DNA of 64,000 nt from Akkermansiaceae bacterium (GCA_021200315.1 JAJQGU010000051.1:3474-67473), one strand, 5' to 3'; numbered from the stretch's first letter, positions 36,308 through 46,166 are shown. Notes: generated by a model not told the origin, from the letters alone. Program-made: numbers and translations.

Positions 36308-37051
36308 ATGAATTTAGGTGTCAATATTGATCACATTGCTACACTGCGCCAGGCTCGCTATGCCGCCATGCTCGATTCGCCCAACACGGAGCCTTCCGTG
36401 CTTGATGCGGCACGAGCCGCGCTGAAAGGCGGCGCCGATTCGATCACCTTGCACGTGCGCAGTGATCGACGCCATATGCAGGATTCTGACGCCTTCGCCG
36501 TGAGACGTGAAATCCCGTTGCCGCTCAATCTTGAAATGGGTGCCGATGAGCTCATGCTGGGCTTTGCCCTCTCCCTCCACCCGGACTATGTGTGCCTCGT
36601 ACCTGAGAAACGCGAAGAAATCACCACGGAAGGCGGGCTCGATGTGCTTGCCCATTATGAGGAATTGGTGCCCGTGGTGGATGCTCTTTCCGTAGCGGGC
36701 GTGAAAGTGAGCATGTTCATCGATCCTGATGAGAAGCAAGTCGAGGCTTCGGCACGCCTCGGGGCTCCCATGGTTGAGCTGCATACGGGATGTTTCGCCA
36801 ATTCCGCGGGAATGAAGCGCACCGAAGAGGTCGGACGGCTCGCCTCGGCTGCTCAAAGGGCGGCCGAACTGGGAATGGAAGTGCATGCCGGACATGGAAT
36901 CCGCATTCCGATGCTGACCGAACTCTCACGCGTGCCGCATCTCACCGAACTTAACATCGGCCATACTATTGTAGCACGCGCCCTTGTCATTGGCATGGAG
37001 GCGGCCGTCAGGGAAATGAAAGCGGCCATTCATGCACAGAATTGGGCATGA
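36308..37051 (+). CDS. pdxJ: pyridoxine 5'-phosphate synthase
   Basis: LGVNIDHIATLRQAR, ITLHVRSDRRH, LVPEKREEITTEGGLDV, ELHTG, ELNIGH. Confidence 0.93.
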   Translation: MNLGVNIDHIATLRQARYAAMLDSPNTEPSVLDAARAALKGGADSITLHVRSDRRHMQDSDAFAVRREIPLPLNLEMGADELMLGFALSLHPDYVCLVPEKREEITTEGGLDVLAHYEELVPVVDALSVAGVKVSMFIDPDEKQVEASARLGAPMVELHTGCFANSAGMKRTEEVGRLASAAQRAAELGMEVHAGHGIRIPMLTELSRVPHLTELNIGHTIVARALVIGMEAAVREMKAAIHAQNWA

Positions 37052-37419
37052 TCGTCGGGCACGGCATCGATCTCGTCTCCATCGAGCGCATTCAGCGTCT
37101 TGTTGTACGGGAGGCTTTTCTTTCACGGGTGTACACTCCAGCTGAACGGGAATATTGCACTTCTCGTTCAGATTCCGTTTCATCTTTCGCCGCCTGTTTT
37201 GCTGCCAAGGAGGCTGTCTCAAAGGCTTTGGGCGTTGGTATCGGCACTCGCTGCGCACTGAAGGATGTTGAATTACTTCACGATGAAAACGGCTCTCCAG
37301 TGCTCCGGATCTCTGGAGCCGCCCTGCGTACCGCCAGTGAAACGGGTGCCAGTCGATGGCATCTCAGTATCACTCATGATGAAAGGCTGGCAATCGCCAG
37401 CGTGATCATTGAGGGGTAA
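37048..37419 (+). CDS. acpS: holo-[acyl-carrier-protein] synthase
   Basis: MIVGHGIDLVSIERI, FAAKEAVSKALG and SITHD are present. ATGA overlap with the pdxJ stop. Confidence 0.9.
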   Translation: MIVGHGIDLVSIERIQRLVVREAFLSRVYTPAEREYCTSRSDSVSSFAACFAAKEAVSKALGVGIGTRCALKDVELLHDENGSPVLRISGAALRTASETGASRWHLSITHDERLAIASVIIEG

Positions 37420-37563
37420 TCCTCCCCAATTCCTCTGCGGCGGAAAATCGTCATGGAGGATTTGTATCTTCGTTTTGCGCGTCTCCCTTCTTGATAGAAT
37501 ATATATTCTGTATTGATTGGGCGCGCGATACCCTATGTACCGCCACAATCTAGGTTAGGAAAA

Positions 37564-38046
37564 ATGGTAAAGACAGATCAGAAGATTGGCGGGGGAGCGG
37601 GCGTTTTTTGCGGAGGAGGGCAGGGCTTGCGGCGCGGGATGGTGAGGAAGCTGCTTGCGGCGGCACCAGAGAGCCTCGGGGTTCCAGGAGTGGACGTGCC
37701 AGCGGCAGAAGCTGTGGTCGTGGGCGGGTGCGAAGCCGGCGAGGATGTGGTGGCCGCCTGTATGGATGATAGGGAGGTGTTCTTTGTGAGGGACGGTCGA
37801 TACACCTTGAGAGACTTGTGGCAAAGCGTGTTTCCCAATCTGAAGGTAAGAAATTATGAATTTATCACGGAGGCTTTGAGGAAAGGGCGGACAGTCTATC
37901 TGATGAGAGCGAATGCGGATTCCGACGTTTCCTCGTGGGAGAGTGTGACCGTGATAGCCCCCGTTGGGAGAATTGGATTTTTTCGTGATGGCTGTGCTCA
38001 TTTAATCATGCGCCTCTACAGGTTTTCTCCCCGTGTCGTGGATTGA
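37564..38046 (+). CDS. hypothetical protein
   Basis: The ATG at 37564 is preceded by AGGA. The N-terminal ~60 aa are Gly/Ala-rich and the C-terminal ~100 aa have ordinary composition. No family recognised. Confidence 0.4.
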   Translation: MVKTDQKIGGGAGVFCGGGQGLRRGMVRKLLAAAPESLGVPGVDVPAAEAVVVGGCEAGEDVVAACMDDREVFFVRDGRYTLRDLWQSVFPNLKVRNYEFITEALRKGRTVYLMRANADSDVSSWESVTVIAPVGRIGFFRDGCAHLIMRLYRFSPRVVD

Positions 38047-38283
38047 GAGACCGAATAGTGTGAAGATATAGGATGAGTTTTCCGCGTTTTGGGGAAGAAA
38101 ATGCCGCATTGTCTGCTCAGGCAATATCCGGCTGCAGACCTGTTGAAATTATACCCGGGCGAGGAAAGATCTTCCCATCAATCTCTTCATGACAAGACCA
38201 AGGGAATGCTGCTCCGAAATTTCCGCCCGCGACAAAAAGCGCCTCGATCAACGCTTAGTCCACATGCGGGCGTAAAAAACGCA

Positions 38284-39693
38284 TTACAAGACGTCTTCCA
38301 GTCGGGCGACGAGCTTGCGCACCTCTGCGTCATCGGCCATTTTGCGTTCAACAGTTCTAGTCGCGTGAATAACAGTGCCATGATCGCGTCCTCCAAAGGC
38401 GGAACCGATATCCTGAAGAGAGAGATTGGTGTGCTTTCTGGAGAGATACATCGCAATTTGGCGGGAGTGCGCCACCTGAGCCGTCCTGCGGCGTCCTGTA
38501 ATGTCCGCTATGCGCAAATCAAACACATGAGCCACGGCCTTCTGGATATCCCCCACCGTAATTCGATGCGAGTTTGAACCTTCCTTCAATTCATCCTTCA
38601 AAAGCATGCGGACGGTCTCAAGGGAAGGGGAAGTCTGTGAAAAACTCGCCATGACGGCGATACGCATCAGCGCACCTTCAAGGCGGCGTACGTCTTTCGT
38701 GATGTTTTCAGCCAAGAAGTCAAGTACGTCGCCGGAGATGGAACAGTTCCACTCCGAGCATTTTTTGAGAAGAATAGCTTTGCGCGTTTCAGGACTGGGA
38801 GACTCAATGCTGACAGTGAGTCCCGATTCAAAGCGCGAGGCGAGCCGTGGCTCCACACCGATAATTTCGCTTACAGGACTGTCTGAGCTGAGCACAATAC
38901 GCTTCTGAGTTTCGAACAGGCTGTTGAAAGTGTGAAAGAATTCCTCTTGAGTTTTGTTCTTGCCGGAGAGAAACTGCACATCGTCGAGCAGAAGTACATC
39001 CACTTTGCGGTATTTTTTGTGGAAAGATTCCATAGTGTTCCCTCTGCGGGATTTCGAAATGGCTTCTATGTACTCGTTTGTGAACGCCTCTCCTGTAATG
39101 TAAAGAACCTGGCAGGAGTCATTCTTCTCCTTGATGGCGTTGCCGATGGCATGGAGAAGATGGGTCTTGCCCATGCCGGGAGCTCCGTGAATCATCAGCA
39201 ATCTGTACTTACAGCGCGGGGAGGATGCCAGAGACTTGGCTGCGGCAAAGGCAAATTCTGAATTGTTGCCCACCACGAAGTTGTCGAACCGATAATTCTC
39301 ATTCAGGCAGCTGTTGATGAACGTACGAGGCGTACGGCGCGGTTCTCTCTTCTTCGGGGTTGACGGCGCGGGGACTCCCGGCATGGGAAGCTCCGTGTCA
39401 GGAGAAGCGGGCTGCTCGTTCGGTCTTTCTTCGCAGCGAAACGATAATTGCCGCGCCTCCTGCAATTCGTCGAGTGCGGCTTGGCAAATTTGAGGGGTAT
39501 AGTTGACTTCCACCCATTCGATGCAAAGATCCGCCGGGTAGGCAATTACCAGGTGTGTGCCCGTGTCTTCCAGCAAATTGAGCTTGGAAATAAGCCCTTC
39601 ATATCCGAATTCATTCACACTCCCGCGCAAACGGTTCAGTATGCGTGCCCAAAGTTCTTGGACGGTGCTTTTGCGAGAATGTGACGATTCCAT
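38284..39693 (-). CDS. dnaA: chromosomal replication initiator protein DnaA
   Basis: AAA+ Walker A GAPGMGKTHLLHAIGN, box VII, and the C-terminal DNA-binding signature RQIAMYLSRK..SLQDIGSAFGGRDHGTVIHA. Confidence 0.95.
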   Translation of the reverse strand: MESSHSRKSTVQELWARILNRLRGSVNEFGYEGLISKLNLLEDTGTHLVIAYPADLCIEWVEVNYTPQICQAALDELQEARQLSFRCEERPNEQPASPDTELPMPGVPAPSTPKKREPRRTPRTFINSCLNENYRFDNFVVGNNSEFAFAAAKSLASSPRCKYRLLMIHGAPGMGKTHLLHAIGNAIKEKNDSCQVLYITGEAFTNEYIEAISKSRRGNTMESFHKKYRKVDVLLLDDVQFLSGKNKTQEEFFHTFNSLFETQKRIVLSSDSPVSEIIGVEPRLASRFESGLTVSIESPSPETRKAILLKKCSEWNCSISGDVLDFLAENITKDVRRLEGALMRIAVMASFSQTSPSLETVRMLLKDELKEGSNSHRITVGDIQKAVAHVFDLRIADITGRRRTAQVAHSRQIAMYLSRKHTNLSLQDIGSAFGGRDHGTVIHATRTVERKMADDAEVRKLVARLEDVL

Positions 39694-40109
39694 GGCTGTT
39701 TTGCTTGAGAGGTGAAAATTGTGGTTATTTGGCCGAGTCCCGCTTCCCCTGCGGAGTGCGTTCCGTTCAGTGGTGCGGGAAGGCGAAAGTACCTGTTTCA
39801 GCCGAGAAAGAAAATATCTTTTTAAAATCTCTTCGGCCGCCTGGTGTCCGCAATGTGTTCCATGGGGGTTCCACGACTTTTTTTTTTCTCTTCTTGATTT
39901 CTCTTTTCTTTCGGTTTTCTTGATTATTATTTTCTCTCGCGAGGAGAAGGGGAGATGCCCCTGGAACAGAGGAAACTTTCAGTGGTATTGATTTATATAA
40001 ATATTTATCTGTTATATTTTTAAAATAAAAAACAAAAGTTAGGAAAAGTTAAATATACGACAAAGACAGCTCGGTGGGAAGAGAGAAAAAGATATGGAGC
40101 AAGGAAATT
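39694..40109. other. candidate oriC / dnaA promoter region
   Basis: A 416-bp non-coding gap upstream of dnaA. It has a T10 run (39878-39887), a polypyrimidine tract, and a ~75-bp strongly AT-rich block (about 39986-40060). Only degenerate DnaA-box-like 9-mers are present (e.g. TGTGGTTAT at 39720-39728). Confidence 0.4.
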
Positions 40110-41003
40110 TCAGCGAATGAAATGACGCCAGCCTGAGGGAAGGGAACCGGGCGCGCCGGCCGTCATTCTGCCAATTACAGTGAGGGGAAAATCAAGCCCG
40201 GGCACATGCTCGCCGGGGCGATAATCAGGCAGGGCGCTGGGAGGAAAGGAGAGAAGGAGTTCATAGTCTTCGCCGTCGCAAATGGCGCTGTGAATATCAC
40301 AGCCATGGTGCCTGGGCAGATGAGCGGGTTCAATTTCGAAACCGCAAGAAGAGGCTTGGGCGAAGCGGGGGAGATCGGTTCCCAGTCCGTCAGACAAATC
40401 CATGGCGGCAGATGGACGAGGACCGTGCTCTTGGAGGGAGCGGGCCCAATTCACGCGTGGAGTGAAAACCAGATGGCGTCCTGAAGGGAAGGCCCCGCCC
40501 AAGCGCCCGGTGACGGCCAAAAGGTCTCCGGGAGTTGCCGTGCTGCGACGCCAGGCGCGGCCATGCTCCACGCGCCCCGTAAGGGTTATGCTCAAAGCAA
40601 GCCCATCCGAGGGCAGGGAGCTTGTCTCTCCGCCAGCCAAAGAGATGCCGAACTTGTGCGCGAGAGTTTTTATCCCATTGTAAATGTCCGTAATGACTTC
40701 CACGGGACGAGATGCATGTACGAGAACGGTCACGAGCGCATGCTCGGGTATGCCGCCCATCGCGGCAATGTCCGAAACGGCTCGGGCAAGAGCCTTGCGC
40801 CCGATGAGATGAGGCTTGGTATCAGGTGTAAAGTGAATGCCTTCCACGACGGCGTCCGTCTTCAGCAAAGTATCCCAGCCTTCATTCCTGCGCACAATAG
40901 CGCAATCGTCCCCCGGGCCTTCGATCAAATTCTCCGAAGAGGGGGCAAATGCCGTCAACAGACGGACGAGTGCATCTTCTCCCAGTGAGGAAAGAGAACT
41001 CAT
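40110..41003 (-). CDS. thiL: thiamine-monophosphate kinase
   Basis: GEDALVRLL..GPGDDCAIV and the AIR-synthase-like fold pattern. The ATG at 41003 forms an ATGA overlap with the upstream CPBP gene's stop. Confidence 0.88.
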   Translation of the reverse strand: MSSLSSLGEDALVRLLTAFAPSSENLIEGPGDDCAIVRRNEGWDTLLKTDAVVEGIHFTPDTKPHLIGRKALARAVSDIAAMGGIPEHALVTVLVHASRPVEVITDIYNGIKTLAHKFGISLAGGETSSLPSDGLALSITLTGRVEHGRAWRRSTATPGDLLAVTGRLGGAFPSGRHLVFTPRVNWARSLQEHGPRPSAAMDLSDGLGTDLPRFAQASSCGFEIEPAHLPRHHGCDIHSAICDGEDYELLLSFPPSALPDYRPGEHVPGLDFPLTVIGRMTAGAPGSLPSGWRHFIR

Positions 41004-41839
41004 GGCGCCAAATGAATAACCAGAACAGACAGCGCGTTGAATGATGCGTGCATGGCGATCGAAAGTCTGATACAATGCGTTTTTTCGTAAGCAAGATTCA
41101 GGATCAGCCCCACAAAGGCCAGAGGGAGAAAATGAACAATACTCAGATGAATAGCCCCGAAAAACAGGGATACGGCAATCAAGGCAAAGGGAACATTCGT
41201 ATACTTACGCAAGACGGGATAGAGATAGCCGCGAAAGAAAGTTTCCTCCAGTACAGGCGCTATCACGATGGCCGACGCCGCTGAGAGAAGCTGTATTTTC
41301 CAGCTTCCCTGACCCATCTCCTCCGCCACCTGCTGTTCGAGCGGAGCGTCAAGCGCCTCATGGATCCATTCCGAAAGCCCGGAAAAATTCAGAAAAAAGC
41401 TGAAGATGTATATGGCCGACAAACCACCAAAAAACCAGGCTAGTTTATTGGGACGAAAGACGGGGGGGGCAGGGTGCTGAACGGCACGTACGAGTCCCGG
41501 CAACATGAGAAAAGCCATGACGGCCTGAGATAGAATCATATCGCATCCACTGCCAGATTCATGGCTTATACTTTCCTTTTCCGCAAATGCGGCGCTCATT
41601 TGTCCGAACGCATACAGCAAAACCAACATGATGACGATCAGCCCGGCCGCCGCGGCGTCTCCTCCGGTGGGGTAGCTTCTGTTCGGCGCGGGAGTATCCT
41701 CCTGCGTCTTCACGTGAAACATCAATGGCGCCAAGATGAACACCGCTGCGGGAATGGCGAACAGAATCCCCAAGTTCAGCCATTCGTACATGGGCAGTTC
41801 CGGCAGGGAAAATAGAAATCGGGCTGACATGTCCGGCAT
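41000..41839 (-). CDS. CPBP family intramembrane glutamic endopeptidase (CAAX protease/Abi)
   Basis: Motifs EETFFRGYLY and FGAIH, plus a later H, in a multi-TM protein. Confidence 0.85.
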   Translation of the reverse strand: MPDMSARFLFSLPELPMYEWLNLGILFAIPAAVFILAPLMFHVKTQEDTPAPNRSYPTGGDAAAAGLIVIMLVLLYAFGQMSAAFAEKESISHESGSGCDMILSQAVMAFLMLPGLVRAVQHPAPPVFRPNKLAWFFGGLSAIYIFSFFLNFSGLSEWIHEALDAPLEQQVAEEMGQGSWKIQLLSAASAIVIAPVLEETFFRGYLYPVLRKYTNVPFALIAVSLFFGAIHLSIVHFLPLAFVGLILNLAYEKTHCIRLSIAMHASFNALSVLVIHLAP

Positions 41840-42013
41840 GAATTCTACCCGCTCTTCCCGCCGTTTGCAATACTAAAGGCTGCCTCGCAGCTGCCGATTT
41901 GATAGCAGATACAATTGTGTATAAACGAGCCTCGCCTGGGAGAGTCTCTGTCGGGCGCGTTCTGAATCATCGTGCGTTTCCGGGAGGCGGCTTCCCTTGG
42001 CACAGTTTCCATG

Positions 42014-42349
42014 TCAATCTTCCGGAGCATGAAACGAGCTCTTCTTCCGTCTTGTGGAGAACGTACGGGTCATCGTGAGAAGAAGAGCGCAGATCATAAC
42101 GCCGTAAAAGACCTGTGCGTCCCACATGCGTACATCGTAAGCCGTTTCTCCGTCTATAATCACAGCTGGATGAAAATAAAGAGTGAATGCAGTCACGAGA
42201 CGTACGGGAACCCATGATTCCAACCAGTCGGCGCCGATGAGCCGGCTTGAAGCGATCAATACAGCTTCCGTGGCGATAAGATATGCGATTGATTTGATAG
42301 AGATTGTGACAATTCTTTTCTGACCGCTGTGGGCAGTGGGCGTATTCAT
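42014..42349 (-). CDS. hypothetical small membrane protein
   Basis: 111 aa with about three hydrophobic segments. No family recognised. Confidence 0.4.
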   Translation of the reverse strand: MNTPTAHSGQKRIVTISIKSIAYLIATEAVLIASSRLIGADWLESWVPVRLVTAFTLYFHPAVIIDGETAYDVRMWDAQVFYGVMICALLLTMTRTFSTRRKKSSFHAPED

Positions 42350-42555
42350 GGCCGCTGGAGTGCGTAAAGTCCCCGCATGCTAACAGAAATCCGGCCGAGC
42401 GTCAACGGCAATGGAAAAAATTCTGGTGAAATCATCTGAAATCGAAATATCCATGCGGCAGGCGGCTCTTTTTCGCTTGCTTTTTCCGGGTAGAAAGTTA
42501 GAATGCCCTGCGGAATACAGTCTCTACTGTTTCCACAGGCAACACAGCGACAAGA

Positions 42556-43095
42556 ATGAAAGAATTGAAAGGAACCAAAACGGAGGCGAATCTGCGTGCA
42601 GCTTTTGCCGGAGAATCGCAGGCTCATACCAAATATCTCTACTACGCCTCGAAGGCGAAAAAGGACGGTTATGTACAGATCGCCGATCTGTTCGAGGAGA
42701 CGGCGCGCAATGAAAAGGAGCACGCCAAGATCTGGTTCAAGCTCCTGCATGGCGGCATGCCCGGTACTGACGCCAATCTGGCGGATGCAGCCGAAGGTGA
42801 GAACTACGAATGGACGGATATGTACAAGGCTTTTGCCGAAGAAGCCCGAGCCGAGGGCTTTACACGCATTGCCGGCCTTTTTGAGGCTGTAGGCGCCATC
42901 GAAAAGGAACATGAAGAACGCTATCGCCGCCTGCTGGCCAATATCGACGAGGGCATTGTCTTTTCACGCGACGATGACCGGATTTGGCAGTGCTCGAACT
43001 GCGGTCACATTGTCATTGGTAAAAAGGCTCCGGAAATATGTCCGGTCTGCGATCATGCGAAAGCTTATTTCCGGCTTCTCGCGAAAAATTACTGA
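42556..43095 (+). CDS. rbr: rubrerythrin
   Basis: Diiron four-helix motifs ([31 protein letters not shown]) plus a C-terminal rubredoxin-like CSNCG..CPVC. Confidence 0.93.
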   Translation: MKELKGTKTEANLRAAFAGESQAHTKYLYYASKAKKDGYVQIADLFEETARNEKEHAKIWFKLLHGGMPGTDANLADAAEGENYEWTDMYKAFAEEARAEGFTRIAGLFEAVGAIEKEHEERYRRLLANIDEGIVFSRDDDRIWQCSNCGHIVIGKKAPEICPVCDHAKAYFRLLAKNY

Positions 43096-43123
43096 CACCT
43101 CTTCCCGCTCTGCGGCACGGCGT

Positions 43124-43155
43124 CGGCTTCCTCTCTTCGGAAGCCGGCGTTTTTT
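43124..43155 (+). terminator. intrinsic terminator after rubrerythrin
   Basis: Stem CGGCTTCC / GGAAGCCG with a 7-nt loop, followed by GCG and a T6 run. It begins 29 nt after the stop codon. Confidence 0.65.
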
Positions 43156-43210
43156 GCATGCGAGCCCATGAAAACAGGCCAGAGACTACTCCCCCAATCT
43201 CTGACAGACT

Positions 43211-44500
43211 CTATCTTGGAGCAATCAGGCGCCGTCTGACAAGGCGGTACGCCCAACGGAGGGGAGCTCCAATCGCTCCGAAACGCAGCCAGCTGAACAC
43301 CCTTTCGTAGCACATCGACAGAAGGCATGCCCGCCTTTTGAGAATCCGCCAGGATTCATCATTTAGATGATGATCGAAACCATTCAAATAGCTTCGGTAC
43401 AGCAATCTCATGTAATAATCATGGTTTTCCTGGTAATTCCCCACATCAAATACATCATAAAATCCGGATAATTTGTCCAAAGCGTCCAGAGCCCACAACG
43501 TGCGCATGCACTTGGGGCAGTAGCCGCAATTGCCCGCGCCTTGACGAAGACAAACGTTCAGATAATGTTTGGCTGGTTCATAGTCGGCCAGACTTTTTGT
43601 CTTTTCAAATCGGGAAGCGGGCGGCCCTTGATTGCAGATGCGCAGCCGGGATGTGGAAAAAGACGGCAGCGCGATCAGGTCGTACCGGTCTGCCGCATCT
43701 GATTCATTGTTCGTCAATTTAAAACCATCCTGCATATTATCATAGCCGGAGGAGGCATAGTAGTACCGTCCCCACAATCCGCCCAGCATGTGAATGGCAA
43801 AGCAGCTTGAGTAGAGGTGCGTCTTATAGTGGTTCTGGGGGAATGCCTCGGAAAAATTGGAGTCCGTCACGATGAGCTTATAACCGTACCGAGCCGCGAA
43901 TGCCCGTGCGTTGGCCACATTGTCCGCATACCTCCTGCCATCGCTCTTTCCGCCGTTCGTATACGCTCCCACATTGTTGATTGCGAGGTAATCCAGATGG
44001 ATGGAGGGGATATCGCTTTCCGATAGACATTTAATGGCGTACAGGGAATCAATGCCGCAGGAACAGCCGGTTCCTGTCTTGCCTGCGCTGGGCGGAGGTT
44101 CGTCCGCCATGTCGGCAGTGATCGAAGGCGCGTAGAGCCGCGGAGCGTATTTGACCAACGCGGGGATCAATTCCGTCTTCAGTTGATGTACCAATTCTCC
44201 TGTCAGGACGGCTTCGCTGCGGATATCGCAGCGTTCCCGCATAGCCAAGTTAAGCAGGCCGATCAGGTAAGCGTCCCCCCAATCAGGGCACAGATAGTCG
44301 GCATAAATTTTGTGCACGCGAAAACTGATTTCCCGCTCGATATTTCCAAGAAAGACGCGGCATTTCTGAACGACCGACTCTCCTTCCATTTCCACCCATG
44401 GTCTCCCAATGATCAGTTGCCGGACGGCGGCTGATGGAGAAACCAATCCCCCTTCCGACATCCTCTGTATTTCATCAGGTGAAAAGCAATTCATCATCAA
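43211..44500 (-). CDS. hypothetical PP-loop (adenine nucleotide alpha-hydrolase)-like protein
   Basis: An internal GTGCSCGIDSLYAI resembles the SGGxDS PP-loop. The C-terminal GNCGYCPKCMRTLW Cys cluster is reminiscent of QueC-type zinc sites. 429 aa. Confidence 0.55.
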   Translation of the reverse strand: MMMNCFSPDEIQRMSEGGLVSPSAAVRQLIIGRPWVEMEGESVVQKCRVFLGNIEREISFRVHKIYADYLCPDWGDAYLIGLLNLAMRERCDIRSEAVLTGELVHQLKTELIPALVKYAPRLYAPSITADMADEPPPSAGKTGTGCSCGIDSLYAIKCLSESDIPSIHLDYLAINNVGAYTNGGKSDGRRYADNVANARAFAARYGYKLIVTDSNFSEAFPQNHYKTHLYSSCFAIHMLGGLWGRYYYASSGYDNMQDGFKLTNNESDAADRYDLIALPSFSTSRLRICNQGPPASRFEKTKSLADYEPAKHYLNVCLRQGAGNCGYCPKCMRTLWALDALDKLSGFYDVFDVGNYQENHDYYMRLLYRSYLNGFDHHLNDESWRILKRRACLLSMCYERVFSWLRFGAIGAPLRWAYRLVRRRLIAPR

Positions 44501-44507
44501 TATATTT

Positions 44508-45972
44508 TTATTTGAAACTGAGTTTTTTCAAGACAGGCTGCTCCTTCAGGAAGTTCCACAGGCAACGGCCGGCTGCGTCACGTCGCAGATAGAGTATCAG
44601 GATGTACAGTGCGAGCGAACTTCCGCCGCCGAGCGCCAGAATCGCCAGCGGAGCCCATTCCGTCTGCGCCAAAAGAACGGAAGGTAGATTCACTAAGATG
44701 GAAATCAGCAGGTAAGGTACGAAGTCCCTCAACTGCTGGCGCATGGTCAGAGCACAGATTGTCGAGGTCAGGTACAGCGATAGGGAAAAAGCAAAGAGAC
44801 TTGTCAGCAGGCCGGCAATGCAAATGCCCGCTACGCTGAACCACGCTCCGGCGAGCATGGCGCAGACGCCGAATACCCGCAGAATGCTTTCTTTCTTGAG
44901 AGTGATATCCGTTCGCCCGAGTACGGAGTACAGATTTGAGTTGATGTTGGAAAGCGGATCAAACATCATGCCGAGACAAAGCAACTGAACAAAAAAAACG
45001 CAGGGAAGCCAGAGATCTCCATACAAGACGGCCACCAAGAAACGGCTGTTCGCCGCCATGGTGATCATGCTCCATTCGATTACAAGCGCGGTCAGTCGGA
45101 TGTATTGGCGGTACACGCCGAGCAGGCGCCCCTGATCATGCTGAACTGTGGCGAGTATGGGATAAGTGACATTGCCCATGACCTCCTGTACAACTCTCAT
45201 GGGGAGACTGCATGTATAATAGCCTCTCGAAAAGCAGGCCAATTCGGCGGGAGAATAAAATTTGCCAATGAGAATATCCGCAATTGAGCGTACAGCGTGG
45301 TCACCATCCCGGCCAAGGTCAACCGTGATCCGAAGCCAAAAAAGTAATGAAACGATTTTCCCGAGAAAAGGAGACGAGGTTTCCAAGGCGATACAATCCA
45401 CACAATCACCAAGCTCAGGAAACCGGAGAGCACACCCTGCACCATGGGCGCCCAGTAGCTCCATCCGGTGCATGCGGCCCAAATGGTAAATGGCATAGGG
45501 ACGAGAGTGCTGACGATGCCGATCACCGCCGGTGTCTTGAAATCACGTTTTGCTGTATACAATGTCCAATGCACGCTGCCGGTGATTGCAGGAAGAGCAG
45601 CAGAGCGGAGACCCGCGTCAGATTCACCAAAGCGGGCTGGTGGAAAAAAGCGGCAAACCAAGGCGCCAGAAAAAATAGGCTCAGAGAAAGGAAAAAACTC
45701 ACACTCACATTGAACCAGAATACGGTATTGATGTCTTCCGTGGTTCGATCCTGCTTCCTGATCAGGGCAGCGCCAAAACCGAAATTCTGAAGCTGCCCGG
45801 CAATGGCAAAAAAAATGCCTGTCAGCCCCAAAATGCCCATTTCCGCAGGCGAAACCAATCGAGCCAGAATGACGCCTAAGACAAACTGCGCAGGCTGAAT
45901 GGTCAGTTTTTGCATAACTCCCCATTTCACTCCCTTTGCTGTTTCATCGCGTATAGATCCCACGGATAACAA
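44508..45972 (-). pseudogene. Wzx-type polysaccharide flippase (MOP superfamily) interrupted by two frameshifts
   Basis: Three consecutive overlapping ORFs (45523..45972, 45197..45925, 44508..45482) are together collinear with one ~485-aa Wzx. They contribute KGVKWGVMQKLTIQPAQFVLGVILARLVSP..ALIRKQDRT, then KRDFKTPAVIGIVS..WKPRLLFS, then ILIGKFYSPAELACFSRGYY. Frame changes occur near 45590 and near 45290. Confidence 0.75.
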
Positions 45973-46000
45973 CCCCTCTTCTTATTGGAGAGCGAAGTCT

Positions 46001-46019
46001 ATCGCATTTTAAATGCTAT
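46001..46019. repeat. 19-bp palindromic site, copy 1
   Basis: ATCGCATTT-T-AAATGCTAT is a 9-1-9 inverted repeat with one arm mismatch, 29 bp upstream of the wzx pseudogene start. Confidence 0.6.
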
Positions 46020-46166
46020 GGTTGCAAATTTTTCGTCAATCAGTTTTTTGTAAAGTATTTATGAAAAAACAGAAAATGCAGATTTTCCGACATTTCAACA
46101 TGATCGCCCCGAGGAAAAATGGATGAGCCCATTAAATTTCAAAGAAATTCAACGCTTGTAGTTGAC

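Noticed and set aside
38089-38577. A 162-aa plus-strand ORF overlapping the 3' end of dnaA.
   Set aside because: It runs antisense to the conserved DnaA DNA-binding domain and has no recognisable motifs.
39694-40109. Perfect TTATCCACA DnaA boxes.
   Set aside because: No perfect box is present. The best matches are 7 of 9, so the oriC call rests on context and AT-richness only and is given low confidence.
42346-42912. A 188-aa minus-strand ORF and a 100-aa plus-strand ORF (42411..42713) around the rubrerythrin start.
   Set aside because: Both overlap the rubrerythrin gene or its promoter in other frames. Rubrerythrin homology is complete, so these are shadows.
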